A program made the translations under genes and the position numbers. Shown here one piece after another: positions 17,701 through 32,700 of a stretch of DNA of 64,000 bases; position 1 is the first letter of the stretch, and each line of letters starts with the position of its first letter. Below the pieces are notes generated by a model, which was not told where the DNA came from, did no database searches, and saw only the letters and a list, made by a program, of their open reading frames with translations. The stretch is from Heterodontus francisci (Eukaryota): assembly GCF_036365525.1 (NCBI RefSeq), contig NC_090399.1:66830862-66894861 (forward strand), written 5' to 3'.

Positions 17701-20700
17701 GTTGTTTTGGGGTTTATTTACAGGGGCTCTGTTTTGTGTTGTGTTGGGGTTTATTTACAGGGGCTCTGTGTTGTGTTGTTTTGGGGTATATTTACAGGGG
17801 CTCTGTGTTGTGTTGTGGTGGGGTTTATTTACAGGGGCTCTGTGTTGTGTTGTTTTGGGGTTTATTTACAGGGGCTCTGTGTTGCGTTGGGGTTTATTAA
17901 CAGGGACTCTGTGTTGTGTTGGGGTTTATTTACAGGGGCTCTGTGTTGTGTTGTTTTGGGGTTTATTTAGAGCGGCTCTGTTTTGTGTTGTGTTGGTCAT
18001 TATTTACAGGGGCTCTGTGTTGTTTTGGGGTTTATTTACAGGGGCTCTATGTTGTGTTGGGGTTTATTCACAGGGATTCTGTTGTGCTGGGGTTTATTTA
18101 CAGGGGCTCTGTGTTGTGTTGTTTTGGGGTATATTTACAGGGACTCTGTGTTGTGTTGGGGTAAATTTACAGGGGCTCTGTATTGTGTTGGGGTTTATTT
18201 ACAGGGAATCTGTTGTGTTGGGGTTTATTTACAGGGGCTCTGTGTTGTTTTGGGGTAAATTTACAGGGGTTCTGTGTTGTGTTGGGGTTTATTTACAGGG
18301 GCTCTGTTGTGTTGGGGTTTATTTACAGGGTCTCTTTGTTGTGTTGTGTTGGGGTTTATTTACAGGGGCTCTGTGTTGTGTTGGGGTTTATTTACAGGGG
18401 CTCTGTGTTGTGTTGTTTTGGGGTTTATTTACAGGGACTCTGTGTTGTGTTGGGGCTTATTTACAGGGGCTCTGTGTTGTGTTGTTTTGGGGTTTATTTC
18501 CAGGGACTCTGTGTTGTGTTGGGGTTTATTTACAGGGACTCTGCTGTTTTGGGGTCTATTTACAGGGACTCTGTGTTGTGTTGGGGTTTATTTACAGGGG
18601 ACCTGTGTTGTGTTGGGGTTTATTTACTGCTGATCTGTGTTGTGTTGTTTTGGGGTTTATTTACAGGGGCTCTGTGATGTGTTGGGGTTTATTTACAGGG
18701 ACTCTGTTGTGTTGGGGTTTATTTACAGGGGCTCTGTGTTGTGTTGTGGTTACTTATCAGGGGTTCTGTGTTGTGTTGGGGTTTATTTACAGGGGCTCTG
18801 TGTTGTGTTGTGTTGGAGTTTATTTACAGGGACTCTGTTGTGTTGGGGTTTATTTACAGGGGCTCTCTGTTGTGTTGGGGTTTATTTACAGGGGCTCTGT
18901 GTTGTGTTGTGGTTTATTCACAGAGACTCTGTGTTGTGTTGGGGTTTATTTACAGGGGCTCTGTGTTGTGTTGTTTTGGGGTTTATTTACAGGGGCTCAG
19001 TGTTGTGTTGGGGTTTTTTTTACAGGGACTCTGTGTTGTGTTGTGTTGGGGTTTATTTACAGGGGCTCTGTGTTGTGTTGTTTTGGGGTTTATTTCCAGG
19101 GGCTCTGTGTTGCGTTGGGGTTTATTTACAGGGTCTCTGTGTTGTGTTGTTATGGGGTTTATTTACAGGGGCTCTGTTTTGTGTTGTGTTGGTCATTATT
19201 TACAGGGGCTCTGTGTTGTGTTGGGGTTTATTTACAGGGGCTCTGTGTTGTGTTGTTTTGGGGTTTATTTACAGGGGCTCTGTGTTGTGTTGTGGTTTAT
19301 TTACAGGGGCTCTGTGTTGTGTTGGGGTTTATTTACAGGGACTCTGTTGTGTTGGGGTTTATTTACATGGGCTCTGTGTTGTGTTGTTTTGGGGTTTATT
19401 TACAGGGGCTCTGTGTTGTGTTGGGGTTTATTTACAGGGACTCTGTTGTGTTGGGGTTTATTTACAGGGGCTCTGTGTTGTGTTGTGGTTTATTTACAGG
19501 GGCTCTGTGTTGTGTTGGGGTTTATTTACAGGGACTCTGTTGTGTTGGGGTTTATTTACAGGGGCTCTGTTTTGTGTTGTGTTGGGGTTTATTTACAGGG
19601 GCTCTGTGTTGTGTTGTTTTGGGGTATATTTACAGGGGCTCTGTGTTGTGTTGTGTTGGGGTTTATTTACAGGGGCTCTGTGTTGTTTTGGGGTTTATTT
19701 ACAAAGGCACTGTGTTGTGTTGGGTTTATTTCCATGGGCTGTGTGTTGTGTTGGGGTTATTTCCAGGGATCTGTGTTGGTTTGGGGTTTATTTACAGGGG
19801 CTCTGTGTTGTGTTGGAGTTTATTTACAGGGACTCTGTTGTGTTGTGTTGGGGTTTATTTACAGGGGCTCTGAGTTGTGTTGTGTTGGAGTATATTTACA
19901 GGGACTGTGTGTTGTGTTGGGGTTTATTTACAGGGACTCTGTTGTGTTGGGGTTTATTTACAGGGGCTCTGTGTTGTGTTGGGGTAAATTTACAGGGGCT
20001 CTTTGTTGTGTTGGGGTTTATTTACAGGGAATCTGTTGTGTTGGGGTTTATTTACAGGGGCTCTGTGTTGTTTTGGGGTAAATTTACAGGGGTTCTGTGT
20101 TGTGTTGGGGTTTATTTACAGGGGCTCTGTTGTGTTGGGGTTTATTTACAGGGGCTCTTTGTTGTGTTGTGTTGGGGTTTATTTACAGGGCCTCTGAGTT
20201 GTGTTGGGGTTTATTTACAGGGGCTCTGTGTTGTGTTGTTTTGGGGTTTATTTCCAGGGACTCTGTGTTGTGTTGGGGTTTATTTACAGGGACTCTGCTG
20301 TTTTGGGGTCTATTTACAGGGGCTCTGTGTTGTGTTGGAGTTTATTTACAGGGACTCTGTGTTGTGTTGGGGTTTATTTACAGGGGACCTGTGTTGTGTT
20401 GGGGTTTATTTACTGCTGATCTGTGTTGTGTTGTTTTGGGGTTTATTTACAGGGGCTCTGTGTTGTGTTGGGGTTTATTTACAGGGGCTCTGTGTTGTGT
20501 TGTTTTGGGGTTTATTTAGAGCGGCTCTGTTTTGTGTTGTGTTGGTCATTATTTACAGGGGCTCTGTGTTGTTTTGGGGTTTATTTACAGGGGCTCTGTG
20601 TTGTGTTGGGGTTTATTCACAGGGATTCTGTTGTGCTGGGGTTTATTTACAGGGGCTCTGTGTTGTGTTGTTTTGGGGTATATTTACAGGGACTCTGTTT

Positions 20701-23700
20701 TGTGTTGGGGTAAATTTACAGGGGCTCTGTATTGTGTTGGGGTTTATTTACAGGGAATCTGTTGTGTTGGGGTTTATTTACAGGGGCTCTGTGTTGTTTT
20801 GGGGTAAATTTACAGGGGTTCTGTGTTGTGTTGGGGTTTATTTACAGGGGCTCTGTTGTGTTGGGGTTTATTTACAGGGTCTCTTTGTTGTGTTGTGTTG
20901 GGGTTTATTTACAGGGGCTCTGTGTTGTGTTGGGGTTTATTTACAGGGGCTCTGTGTTGTGTTGTATTGGGGTTTATTTCCAGGGACTCTGTGTTGTGTT
21001 GGGGTTTATTTACAGGGGCTCTGTGTTGTGTTGTTTTGGGGTTTATTTCCAGGGACTCTGTGTTGTGTTGGGGTTTATTTACAGGGACTCTGCTGTTTTG
21101 GGGTCTATTTACAGGGACTGTGTGTTGTGTTGGGGTTTATTTACAGGGGACCTGTGTTGTGTTGGGGTTTATTTACTGCTGATCTGTGTTGTGTTGTTTT
21201 GGGGTTTATTTACAGGGGCTCTGTGATGTGTTGGGGTTTATTTACAGGGACTCTGTTGTGTTGGGGTTTATTTACAGGGGCTCTGTGTTGTGTTGTGGTT
21301 AATTATCAGGGGTTCTGTGTTGTGTTGGGGTTTATTTACAGGGGCTCTGTGTTGTGTTGTGTTGGAGTTTATTTACAGGGACTCTGTTGTGTTGGGGTTT
21401 ATTTACAGGGGCTCTCTGTTGTGTTGGGGTTTATTTACAGGGGCTCTGTGTTGTGTTGTGGTTTATTCACAGAGACTCTGTGTTGTGTTGGGGTTTATTT
21501 ACAGGGGCTCTGTGTTGTGTTGTTTTGGGGTTTATTTACAGGGGCTCAGTGTTGTGTTGGGGTTTTTTTTACAGGGACTCTGTGTTGTGTTGTGTTGGGG
21601 TTTATTTACAGGGGCTCTGTGTTGTGTTGTTTTGGGGTTTATTTCCAGGGGCTCTGTGTTGCGTTGGGGTTTATTTACAGGGTCTCTGTTGTGTTGGGGT
21701 TTATTTACAGGGGCTCTGTGTTGTGTTGTGTTGGGGTTTATTTACAGGGGCTCTGTGTTGTGTTGGGGTTTATTTACAGGGGCTCTGTGTTGTGTTGTTA
21801 TGGGGTTTATTTACAGGGGCTCTGTTTTGTGTTGTGTTGGTCATTATTTACAGGGGCTCTGTGTTGTGTTGGGGTTTATTTACAGGGGCTCTGTGTTGTG
21901 TTGTTTTGGGGTTTATTTACAGGGGCTCTGTGTTGTGTTGTGGTTTATTTACAGGGGCTCTGTGTTGTGTTGGGGTTTATTTACAGGGACTCTGTGTTGT
22001 GTTGTTTTGGGGTTTATTTACAGGGGCTCTGTGTTGTGTTGGGGTTTATTTACAGGGACTCTGTTGTGTTGGGGTTTATTTACAGGGACTCTGTTGTGTT
22101 GGGGTTTATTTACAGGGGCTCTGTGTTGTGTTGTGGTTTATTTACAGGGGCTCTGTGTTGTGTTGGGGTTTATTTACAGGGACTCTGTTGTGTTGGGGTT
22201 TATTTACAGGGGCTCTGTTTTGTGTTGTGTTGGGGTTTATTTACAGGGGCTCTGTGTTGTGTTGTTTTGGGGTATATTTACAGGGGCTCTGTGTTGTGTT
22301 GTGTTGGGGTTTATTTACAGGGGCTCTGTGTTGTTTTGGGGTTTATTTACAAAGGCACTGTGTTGTGTTGGGTTTATTTCCATGGGCTGTGTGTTGTGTT
22401 GGGGTTATTTCCAGGGATCTGTGTTGGTTTGGGGTTTATTTACAGGGGCTCTGTGTTGTGTTGGAGTTTATTTACAGGGACTCTGTTGTGTTGTGTTGGG
22501 GTTTATTTACAGGGGCTCTGAGTTGTGTTGTGTTGGAGTATATTTACAGGGACTGTGTGTTGTGTTGGGGTTTATTTACAGGGACTCTGTTGTGTTGGGG
22601 TTTATTTACAGGGGCTCTGTGTTGTGTTGGGGTAAATTTACAGGGGCTCTTTGTTGTGTTGGGGTTTATTTACAGGGAATCTGTTGTGTTGGGGTTTATT
22701 TACAGGGGCTCTGTGTTGTTTTGGGGTAAATTTACAGGGGTTCTGTGTTGTGTTGGGGTTTATTTACAGGGGCTCTGTTGTGTTGGGGTTTATTTACAGC
22801 GGCTCTTTGTTGTGTTGTGTTGGGGTTTATTTACAGGGCCTCTGTGTTGTGTTGGGGTTTATTTACAGGGGCTCTGTGTTGTGTTGTTTTGGGGTTTATT
22901 TCCAGGGACTCTGTGTTGTGTTGGGGTTTATTTACAGGGACTCTGCTGTTTTGGGGTCTATTTACAGGGGCTCTGTGTTGTGTTGGAGATTATTTACAGG
23001 GCCTCTGTGTTGTGTTGGGGTTTATTTACAGGGGACCTGTGTTGTGTTGGGGTTTATTTACTGCTGATCTGTGTTGTGTTGTTTTGGGGTTTATTTACAG
23101 GGGCTCTGTGATGTGTTAGAGTTTATTTACAGGGACTCTGTTGTGTTGGGGTTTATTTACAGGGGCTCTGTGTTGTGTTGTGGTTTATTATCAGGGGTTC
23201 TGTGTTGTGTTGGGGTTTATTTACAGGGGCTCTGTGTTGTGTTGTGTTGGAGTTTATTTACAGGGACTCTGTTGTGTTGGGGTTTATTTACAGGGGCTCT
23301 CTGTTGTGTTGGGGTTTATTTACAGGGGCTCTGTGTTGTGTTGTGGTTTATTCACAGAGACTCTGTGTTGTGTTGGTGTTTATTTACAGGGGCTCTGTGT
23401 TGTGTTGTTTTGGGGTTTATTTACAGGGGCTCAGTGTTGTGTTGGGTTTTTTTTTACAGGGACTCTGTGTTGTGTTGTGTTGGGGTTTATTTACAGGGGC
23501 TCTGTGTTGTGTTGTTTTGGGGTTTATTTACAGGGGCTCTGTGTTGCGTTGGGGTTTATTTACAGGGACTCTGTTGTGTTGGGGTTTATTTACAGGGGCT
23601 CTGTGTTGTGTTGTGTTGGGGTTTATTTACAGGGGCTCTGTGTTGTGTTGGGGTTTCTTTACAGGGGCTCTGTGTTGTGCTGTTATGGGTTTTATTTACA

Positions 23701-26700
23701 GGGGCTCTGTTTTGTGTTGTGTTGGGGTTTATTTACAGGGGCTCTGTGTTGTGTTGTTTTGGGGTTTATTTACAGGAGCTCTGTTTTGTGTTGTGTTGGG
23801 GTTTATTTACAGGGGCTCTGTGTTGTGTTGCGGTTTATTTACAGGGGCTCTGTGTTGTGTTGGGGTTTATTTACAGGGACTCTGTGTTGTGTTGTTTTGG
23901 GGTTTATTTCCAGGGACTCTGTGTTGTGTTGGGGTTTATTTACAGGGACTCTGCTGTTTTGGGGTCTATTTACAGGGACTCTGTATTGTGTTGGGGTTTA
24001 TTTACAGGGGACCTGTGTTGTGTTGGGGTTTATTTACTGCTGATCTGTGTTGTGTTGTTTTGGGGTTTATTTACAGGGGCTCTGTGATGTGTTGGGGTTT
24101 ATTTACAGGGACTCTGTTGTGTTGGGGTTTATTTACAGGGGCTCTGTGTTGTGTTGTGGTTAATTATCAGGGGTTCTGTGTTGTGTTGGGGTTTATTTAC
24201 AGGGGCTCTGTGTTGTGTTGTGTTGGAGTTTATTTACAGGGACTCTGTTGTGTTGGGGTTTATTTACAGGGGCTCTCTGTTGTGTTGGGGTTTATTTACA
24301 GGGGCTCTGTGTTGTGTTGTGGTTTATTCACAGAGACTCTGTGTTGTGTTGGGGTTTATTTACAGGGGCTCTGTGTTGTGTTGTTTTGGGGTTTATTTAC
24401 AGGGGCTCAGAGTTGTGTTGGGGTTTTTTTTACAGGGACTCTGTGTTGTGTTGTGTTGGGGTTTATTTACAGGGGCTCTGTGTTGTGTTGTTTTGGGGTT
24501 TATTTCCAGGGGCTCTGTGTTGCGTTGGGGTTTATTTACAGGGTCTCTGTTGTGTTGGGGTTTATTTACAGGGGCTCTGTGTTGTGTTGTGTTGGGGTTT
24601 ATTTACAGGGGCTCTGTGTTGTGTTGGGGTTTATTTACAGGGGCTCTGTGTTGTGTTGTTATGGGGTTTATTTACAGGGGCTCTGTTTTGTGTTGTGTTG
24701 GTCATTATTTACAGGGGCTCTGTGTTGTGTTGGGGTTTATTTACAGGGGCTCTGTGTTGTGTTGTTTTGGGGTTTATTTACAGGGGCTCTGTGTTGTGTT
24801 GTGGTTTATTTACAGGGGCTCTGTGTTGTGTTGGGGTTTATTTACAGGGACTCTGTTGTGTTGGGGTTTATTTACATGGGCTCTGTGTTGTGTTGTTTTG
24901 GGGTTTATTTACAGGGGCTCTGTGTTGTGTTGGGGTTTATTTACAGGGACTCTGTTGTGTTGGGGTTTATTTACAGGGACTCTGTTGTGTTGGGGTTTAT
25001 TTACAGGGGCTCTGTGTTGTGTTGCGGTTTATTTACAGGGGCTCTGTGTTGTGTTGGGGTTTATTTACAGGGACTCTGTTGTGTTGGGGTTTATTTACAG
25101 GGGCTCTGTTTTGTGTTGTGTTGGGGTTTATTTACAGGGGCTCTGTGTTGTGTTGTTTTGGGGTATATTTACAGGGGCTCTGTGTTGTGTTGTGTTGGGG
25201 TCTATTTACAGGGACTCTGTGTTGTGTTGGGGTTTATTTACAGGGGACCTGTGTTGTGTTGGGGTTTATTTACTGCTGATCTGTGTTGTGTTGTTTTGGG
25301 GTTTATTTACAGGGGCTCTGTGATGTGTTGGGGTTTATTTACAGGGACTCTGTTGTGTTGGGGTTTATTTACAGGGGCTCTGTGTTGTGTTGTGGTTAAT
25401 TATCAGGGGTTCTGTGTTGTGTTGGGGTTTATTTACAGGGGCTCTGTGTTGTGTTGTGTTGGAGTTTATTTACAGGGACTCTGTTGTGTTGGGGTTTATT
25501 TACAGGGGCTCTCTGTTGTGTTGGGGCTTATTTACAGGGGCTCTGTGTTGTGTTGTGGTTTATTCACAGAGACTCTGTGTTGTGTTGGGGTTTATTTACA
25601 GGGGCTCTGTGTTGTGTTGTTTTGGGGTTTATTTACAGGGGCTCAGTGTTGTGTTGGGGTTTTTTTTACAGGGACTCTGTGTTGTGTTGTGTTGGGGTTT
25701 ATTTACAGGGGCTCTGTGTTGTGTTGTTTTGGGGTTTATTTCCAGGGGCTCTGTGTTGCGTTGGGGTTTATTTACAGGGTCTCTGTTGTGTTGGGGTTTA
25801 TTTACAGGGGCTCTGTGTTGTGTTGTGTTGGGGTTTATTTACAGGGGCTCTGTGTTGTGTTGGGGTTTATTTACAGGGGCTCTGTGTTGTGTTGTTATGG
25901 GGTTTATTTACAGGGGCTCTGTTTTGTGTTGTGTTGGTCATTATTTACAGGGGCTCTGTGTTGTGTTGGGGTTTATTTACAGGGGCTCTGTGTTGTGTTG
26001 TTTTGGGGTTTATTTACAGGGGCTCTGTGTTGTGTTGTGGTTTATTTACAGGGGCTCTGTGTTGTGTTGGGGTTTATTTACAGGGACTCTGTTGTGTTGG
26101 GGTTTATTTACATGGGCTCTGTGTTGTGTTGTTTTGGGGTTTATTTACAGGGGCTCTGTGTTGTGTTGGGGTTTATTTACAGGGACTCTGTTGTGTTGGG
26201 GTTTATTTACAGGGACTCTGTTGTGTTGGGGTTTATTTACAGGGGCTCTGTGTTGTGTTGTGGTTTATTTACAGGGGCTCTGTGTTGTGTTGGGGTTTAT
26301 TTACAGGGACTCTGTTGTGTTGGGGTTTATTTACAGGGGCTCTGTGTTGTGTTGTGTTGGGGTTTATTTACAGGGGCTCTGTGTTGTGTTGGGGTTTATT
26401 TACAGGGGCTCTGTGTTGTGTTGTTATGGGGTTTATTTACAGGGGCTCTGTTTTGTGTTGTGTTGGTCATTATTTACAGGGGCTCTGTGTTGTGTTGGGG
26501 TTTATTTACAGGGGCTCTGTGTTGTGTTGTTTTGGGGTTTATTTACAGGGGCTCTGTGTTGTGTTGTGGTTTATTTACAGGGGCTCTGTGTTGTGTTGGG
26601 GTTTATTTACAGGGACTCTGTTGTGTTGGGGTTTATTTACATGGGCTCTGTGTTGTGTTGTTTTGGGGTTTATTTACAGGGGCTCTGTGTTGTGTTGGGG

Positions 26701-29700
26701 TTTATTTACATGGACTCTGTTGTGTTGGGGTTTATTTACAGGGACTCTGTTGTGTTGGGGTTTATTTACAGGGGCTCTGTGTTGTGTTGTGGTTTATTTA
26801 CAGGGGCTCTGTGTTGTGTTGGGGTTTATTTACAGGGACTCTGTTGTGTTGGGGTTTATTTACAGGGGCTCTGTTTTGTGTTGTGTTGGGGTTTATTTAC
26901 AGGGGCTCTGTGTTGTGTTGTTTTGGGGTATATTTACAGGGGCTCTTTGTTGTGTTGTGTTGGGGTTTATTTACAGGGGCTCTGTGTTGTTTTGGGGTTT
27001 ATTTACAAAGGCACTGTGTTGTGTTGGGTTTATTTCCATGGGCTGTGTGTTGTGTTGGGGTTATTTCCAGGGATCTGTGTTGGTTTGGGGTTTATTTACA
27101 GGGGCTCTGTGTTGTGTTGGAGTTTATTTACAGGGACTCTGTTGTGTTGTGTTGGGGTTTATTTACAGGGGCTCTGAGTTGTGTTGTGTTGGAGTATATT
27201 TACAGGGACTGTGTGTTGTGTTGGGGTTTATTTACAGGGACTCTGTTGTGTTGGGGTTTATTTACAGGGGCTCTGTGTTGTGTTGGGGTAAATTTACAGG
27301 GGCTCTTTGTTGTGTTGGGGTTTATTTACAGGGAATCTGTTGTGTTGGGGTTTATTTACAGGGGCTCTGTGTTGTTTTGGGGTAAATTTACAGGGGTTCT
27401 GTGTTGTGTTGGGGTTTATTTACAGGGGCTCTGTTGTGTTGGGGTTTATTTACAGGGGCTCTTTGTTGTGTTGTGTTGGGGTTTATTTACAGGGCCTCTG
27501 TGTTGTGTTGGGGTTTATTTACAGGGGCTCTGTGTTGTGTTGTTTTGGGGTTTATTTCCAGGGACTCTGTGTTGTGTTGGGGTTTATTTACAGGGACTCT
27601 GCTGTTTTGGGGTCTATTTACAGGGGCTCTGTGTTGTGTTGGAGTTTATTTACAGGGACTCTGTGTTGTGTTGGGGTTTATTTACAGGGGACCTGTGTTG
27701 TGTTGGGGTTTATTTACTGCTGATCTGTGTTGTGTTGTTTTGGGGTTTATTTACAGGGGCTCTGTGATGTGTTAGAGTTTATTTACAGGGACTCTGTTGT
27801 GTTGGGGTTTATTTACAGGGGCTCTGTGTTGTGTTGTGGTTTATTTACAGGGGCTCTGTGTTGTGTTGGGGTTTATTTACAGGGACTCTGTGTTGTGTTG
27901 TTTTGGGGTTTATTTCCAGGGACTCTGTGTTGTGTTGGGGTTTATTTACAGGGACTCTGCTGTTTTGGGGTCTATTTACAGGGACTCTGTATTGTGTTGG
28001 GGTTTATTTACAGGGGACCTGTGTTGTGTTGGGGTTTATTTACTGCTGATCTGTGTTGTGTTGTTTTGGGGTTTATTTACAGGGGCTCTGTGATGTGTTG
28101 GGGTTTATTTACAGGGACTCTGTTGTGTTGGGGTTTATTTACAGGGGCTCTGTGTTGTGTTGTGGTTAATTATCAGGGGTTCTGTGTTGTGTTGGGGTTT
28201 ATTTACAGGGGCTCTGTGTTGTGTTGTGTTGGAGTTTATTTACAGGGACTCTGTTGTGTTGGGGTTTATTTACAGGGGCTCTCTGTTGTGTTGGGGTTTA
28301 TTTACAGGGGCTCTGTGTTGTGTTGTGGTTTATTCACAGAGACTCTGTGTTGTGTTGGGGTTTATTTACAGGGGCTCTGTGTTGTGTTGTTTTGGGGTTT
28401 ATTTACAGGGGCTCAGAGTTGTGTTGGGGTTTTTTTTACAGGGACTCTGTGTTGTGTTGTGTTGGGGTTTATTTACAGGGGCTCTGTGTTGTGTTGTTTT
28501 GGGGTTTATTTCCAGGGGCTCTGTGTTGCGTTGGGGTTTATTTACAGGGTCTCTGTTGTGTTGGGGTTTATTTACAGGGGCTCTGTGTTGTGTTGTGTTG
28601 GGGTTTATTTACAGGGGCTCTGTGTTGTGTTGGGGTTTATTTACAGGGGCTCTGTGTTGTGTTGTTATGGGGTTTATTTACAGGGGCTCTGTTTTGTGTT
28701 GTGTTGGTCATTATTTACAGGGGCTCTGTGTTGTGTTGGGGTTTATTTACAGGGGCTCTGTGTTGTGTTGTTTTGGGGTTTATTTACAGGGGCTCTGTGT
28801 TGTGTTGTGGTTTATTTACAGGGGCTCTGTGTTGTGTTGGGGTTTATTTACAGGGACTCTGTTGTGTTGGGGTTTATTTACATGGGCTCTGTGTTGTGTT
28901 GTTTTGGGGTTTATTTACAGGGGCTCTGTGTTGTGTTGGGGTTTATTTACAGGGACTCTGTTGTGTTGGGGTTTATTTACAGGGACTCTGTTGTGTTGGG
29001 GTTTATTTACAGGGGCTCTGTGTTGTGTTGTGGTTTATTTACAGGGGCTCTGTGTTGTGTTGGGGTTTATTTACAGGGACTCTGTTGTGTTGGGGTTTAT
29101 TTACAGGGGCTCTGTTTTGTGTTGTGTTGGGGTTTATTTACAGGGGCTCTGTGTTGTGTTGTTTTGGGGTATATTTACAGGGGCTCTGTGTTGTGTTGTG
29201 TTGGGGTCTATTTACAGGGACTCTGTGTTGTGTTGGGGTTTATTTACAGGGGACCTGTGTTGTGTTGGGGTTTATTTACTGCTGATCTGTGTTGTGTTGT
29301 TTTGGGGTTTATTTACAGGGGCTCTGTGATGTGTTGGGGTTTATTTACAGGGACTCTGTTGTGTTGGGGTTTATTTACAGGGGCTCTGTGTTGTGTTGTG
29401 GTTAATTATCAGGGGTTCTGTGTTGTGTTGGGGTTTATTTACAGGGGCTCTGTGTTGTGTTGTGTTGGAGTTTATTTACAGGGACTCTGTTGTGTTGGGG
29501 TTTATTTACAGGGGCTCTCTGTTGTGTTGGGGTTTATTTACAGGGGCTCTGTGTTGTGTTGTGGTTTATTCACAGAGACTCTGTGTTGTGTTGGGGTTTA
29601 TTTACAGGGGCTCTGTGTTGTGTTGTTTTGGGGTTTATTTACAGGGGCTCAGTGTTGTGTTGGGGTTTTTTTTACAGGGACTCTGTGTTGTGTTGTGTTG

Positions 29701-32700
29701 GGGTTTATTTACAGGGGCTCTGTGTTGTGTTGTTTTGGGGTTTATTTCCAGGGGCTCTGTGTTGCGTTGGGGTTTATTTACAGGGTCTCTGTTGTGTTGG
29801 GGTTTATTTACAGGGGCTCTGTGTTGTGTTGTGTTGGGGTTTATTTACAGGGGCTCTGTGTTGTGTTGGGGTTTATTTACAGGGGCTCTGTGTTGTGTTG
29901 TTATGGGGTTTATTTACAGGGGCTCTGTTTTGTGTTGTGTTGGTCATTATTTACAGGGGCTCTGTGTTGTGTTGGGGTTTATTTACAGGGGCTCTGTGTT
30001 GTGTTGTTTTGGGGTTTATTTACAGGGGCTCTGTGTTGTGTTGTGGTTTATTTACAGGGGCTCTGTGTTGTGTTGGGGTTTATTTACAGGGACTCTGTTG
30101 TGTTGGGGTTTATTTACAGGGGCTCTGTGTTGTGTTGTGGTTAATTATCAGGGGTTCTGTGTTGTGTTGGGGTTTATTTACAGGGGCTCTGTGTTGTGTT
30201 GTGTTGGAGTTTATTTACAGGGACTCTGTTGTGTTGGGGTTTATTTACAGGGGCTCTCTGTTGTGTTGGGGTTTATTTACAGGGGCTCTGTGTTGTGTTG
30301 TGGTTTATTCACAGAGACTCTGTGTTGTGTTGGGGTTTATTTACAGGGGCTCTGTGTTGTGTTGTTTTGGGGTTTATTTACAGGGGCTCAGAGTTGTGTT
30401 GGGGTTTTTTTTACAGGGACTCTGTGTTGTGTTGTGTTGGGGTTTATTTACAGGGGCTCTGTGTTGTGTTGTTTTGGGGTTTATTTCCAGGGGCTCTGTG
30501 TTGCGTTGGGGTTTATTTACAGGGTCTCTGTTGTGTTGGGGTTTATTTACAGGGGCTCTGTGTTGTGTTGTGTTGGGGTTTATTTACAGGGGCTCTGTGT
30601 TGTGTTGGGGTTTATTTACAGGGGCTCTGTGTTGTGTTGTTATGGGGTTTATTTACAGGGGCTCTGTTTTGTGTTGTGTTGGTCATTATTTACAGGGGCT
30701 CTGTGTTGTGTTGGGGTTTATTTACAGGGGCTCTGTGTTGTGTTGTTTTGGGGTTTATTTACAGGGGCTCTGTGTTGTGTTGTGGTTTATTTACAGGGGC
30801 TCTGTGTTGTGTTGGGGTTTATTTACAGGGACTCTGTTGTGTTGGGGTTTATTTACATGGGCTCTGTGTTGTGTTGTTTTGGGGTTTATTTACAGGGGCT
30901 CTGTGTTGTGTTGGGGTTTATTTACAGGGACTCTGTTGTGTTGGGGTTTATTTACAGGGACTCTGTTGTGTTGGGGTTTATTTACAGGGGCTCTGTGTTG
31001 TGTTGTGGTTTATTTACAGGGGCTCTGTGTTGTGTTGGGGTTTATTTACAGGGACTCTGTTGTGTTGGGGTTTATTTACAGGGGCTCTGTTTTGTGTTGT
31101 GTTGGGGTTTATTTACAGGGGCTCTGTGTTGTGTTGTTTTGGGGTATATTTACAGGGGCTCTGTGTTGTGTTGTGTTGGGGTCTATTTACAGGGACTCTG
31201 TGTTGTGTTGGGGTTTATTTACAGGGGACCTGTGTTGTGTTGGGGTTTATTTACTGCTGATCTGTGTTGTGTTGTTTTGGGGTTTATTTACAGGGGCTCT
31301 GTGATGTGTTGGGGTTTATTTACAGGGACTCTGTTGTGTTGGGGTTTATTTACAGGGGCTCTGTGTTGTGTTGTGGTTAATTATCAGGGGTTCTGTGTTG
31401 TGTTGGGGTTTATTTACAGGGGCTCTGTGTTGTGTTGTGTTGGAGTTTATTTACAGGGACTCTGTTGTGTTGGGGTTTATTTACAGGGGCTCTCTGTTGT
31501 GTTGGGGTTTATTTACAGGGGCTCTGTGTTGTGTTGTGGTTTATTCACAGAGACTCTGTGTTGTGTTGGGGTTTATTTACAGGGGCTCTGTGTTGTGTTG
31601 TTTTGGGGTTTATTTACAGGGGCTCAGTGTTGTGTTGGGGTTTTTTTTACAGGGACTCTGTGTTGTGTTGTGTTGGGGTTTATTTACAGGGGCTCTGTGT
31701 TGTGTTGTTTTGGGGTTTATTTCCAGGGGCTCTGTGTTGCGTTGGGGTTTATTTACAGGGTCTCTGTTGTGTTGGGGTTTATTTACAGGGGCTCTGTGTT
31801 GTGTTGTGTTGGGGTTTATTTACAGGGGCTCTGTGTTGTGTTGGGGTTTATTTACAGGGGCTCTGTGTTGTGTTGTTATGGGGTTTATTTACAGGGGCTC
31901 TGTTTTGTGTTGTGTTGGTCATTATTTACAGGGGCTCTGTGTTGTGTTGGGGTTTATTTACAGGGGCTCTGTGTTGTGTTGTTTTGGGGTTTATTTACAG
32001 GGGCTCTGTGTTGTGTTGTGGTTTATTTACAGGGGCTCTGTGTTGTGTTGGGGTTTATTTACAGGGACTCTGTTGTGTTGGGGTTTATTTACATGGGCTC
32101 TGTGTTGTGTTGTTTTGGGGTTTATTTACAGGGGCTCTGTGTTGTGTTGGGGTTTATTTACAGGGACTCTGTTGTGTTGGGGTTTATTTACAGGGACTCT
32201 GTTGTGTTGGGGTTTATTTACAGGGGCTCTGTGTTGTGTTGTGGTTTATTTACAGGGGCTCTGTGTTGTGTTGGGGTTTATTTACAGGGACTCTGTTGTG
32301 TTGGGGTTTATTTACAGGGGCTCTGTGTTGTGTTGTGTTGGGGTTTATTTACAGGGGCTCTGTGTTGTGTTGGGGTTTATTTACAGGGGCTCTGTGTTGT
32401 GTTGTTTTGGGGTTTATTTCCAGGGGCTCTGTGTTGCGTTGGGGTTTATTTACAGGGTCTCTGTTGTGTTGGGGTTTATTTACAGGGGCTCTGTGTTGTG
32501 TTGTGTTGGGGTTTATTTACAGGGGCTCTGTGTTGTGTTGGGGTTTATTTACAGGGGCTCTGTGTTGTGTTGTTATGGGGTTTATTTACAGGGGCTCTGT
32601 TTTGTGTTGTGTTGGTCATTATTTACAGGGGCTCTGTGTTGTGTTGGGGTTTATTTACAGGGGCTCTGTGTTGTGTTGTTTTGGGGTTTATTTACAGGGG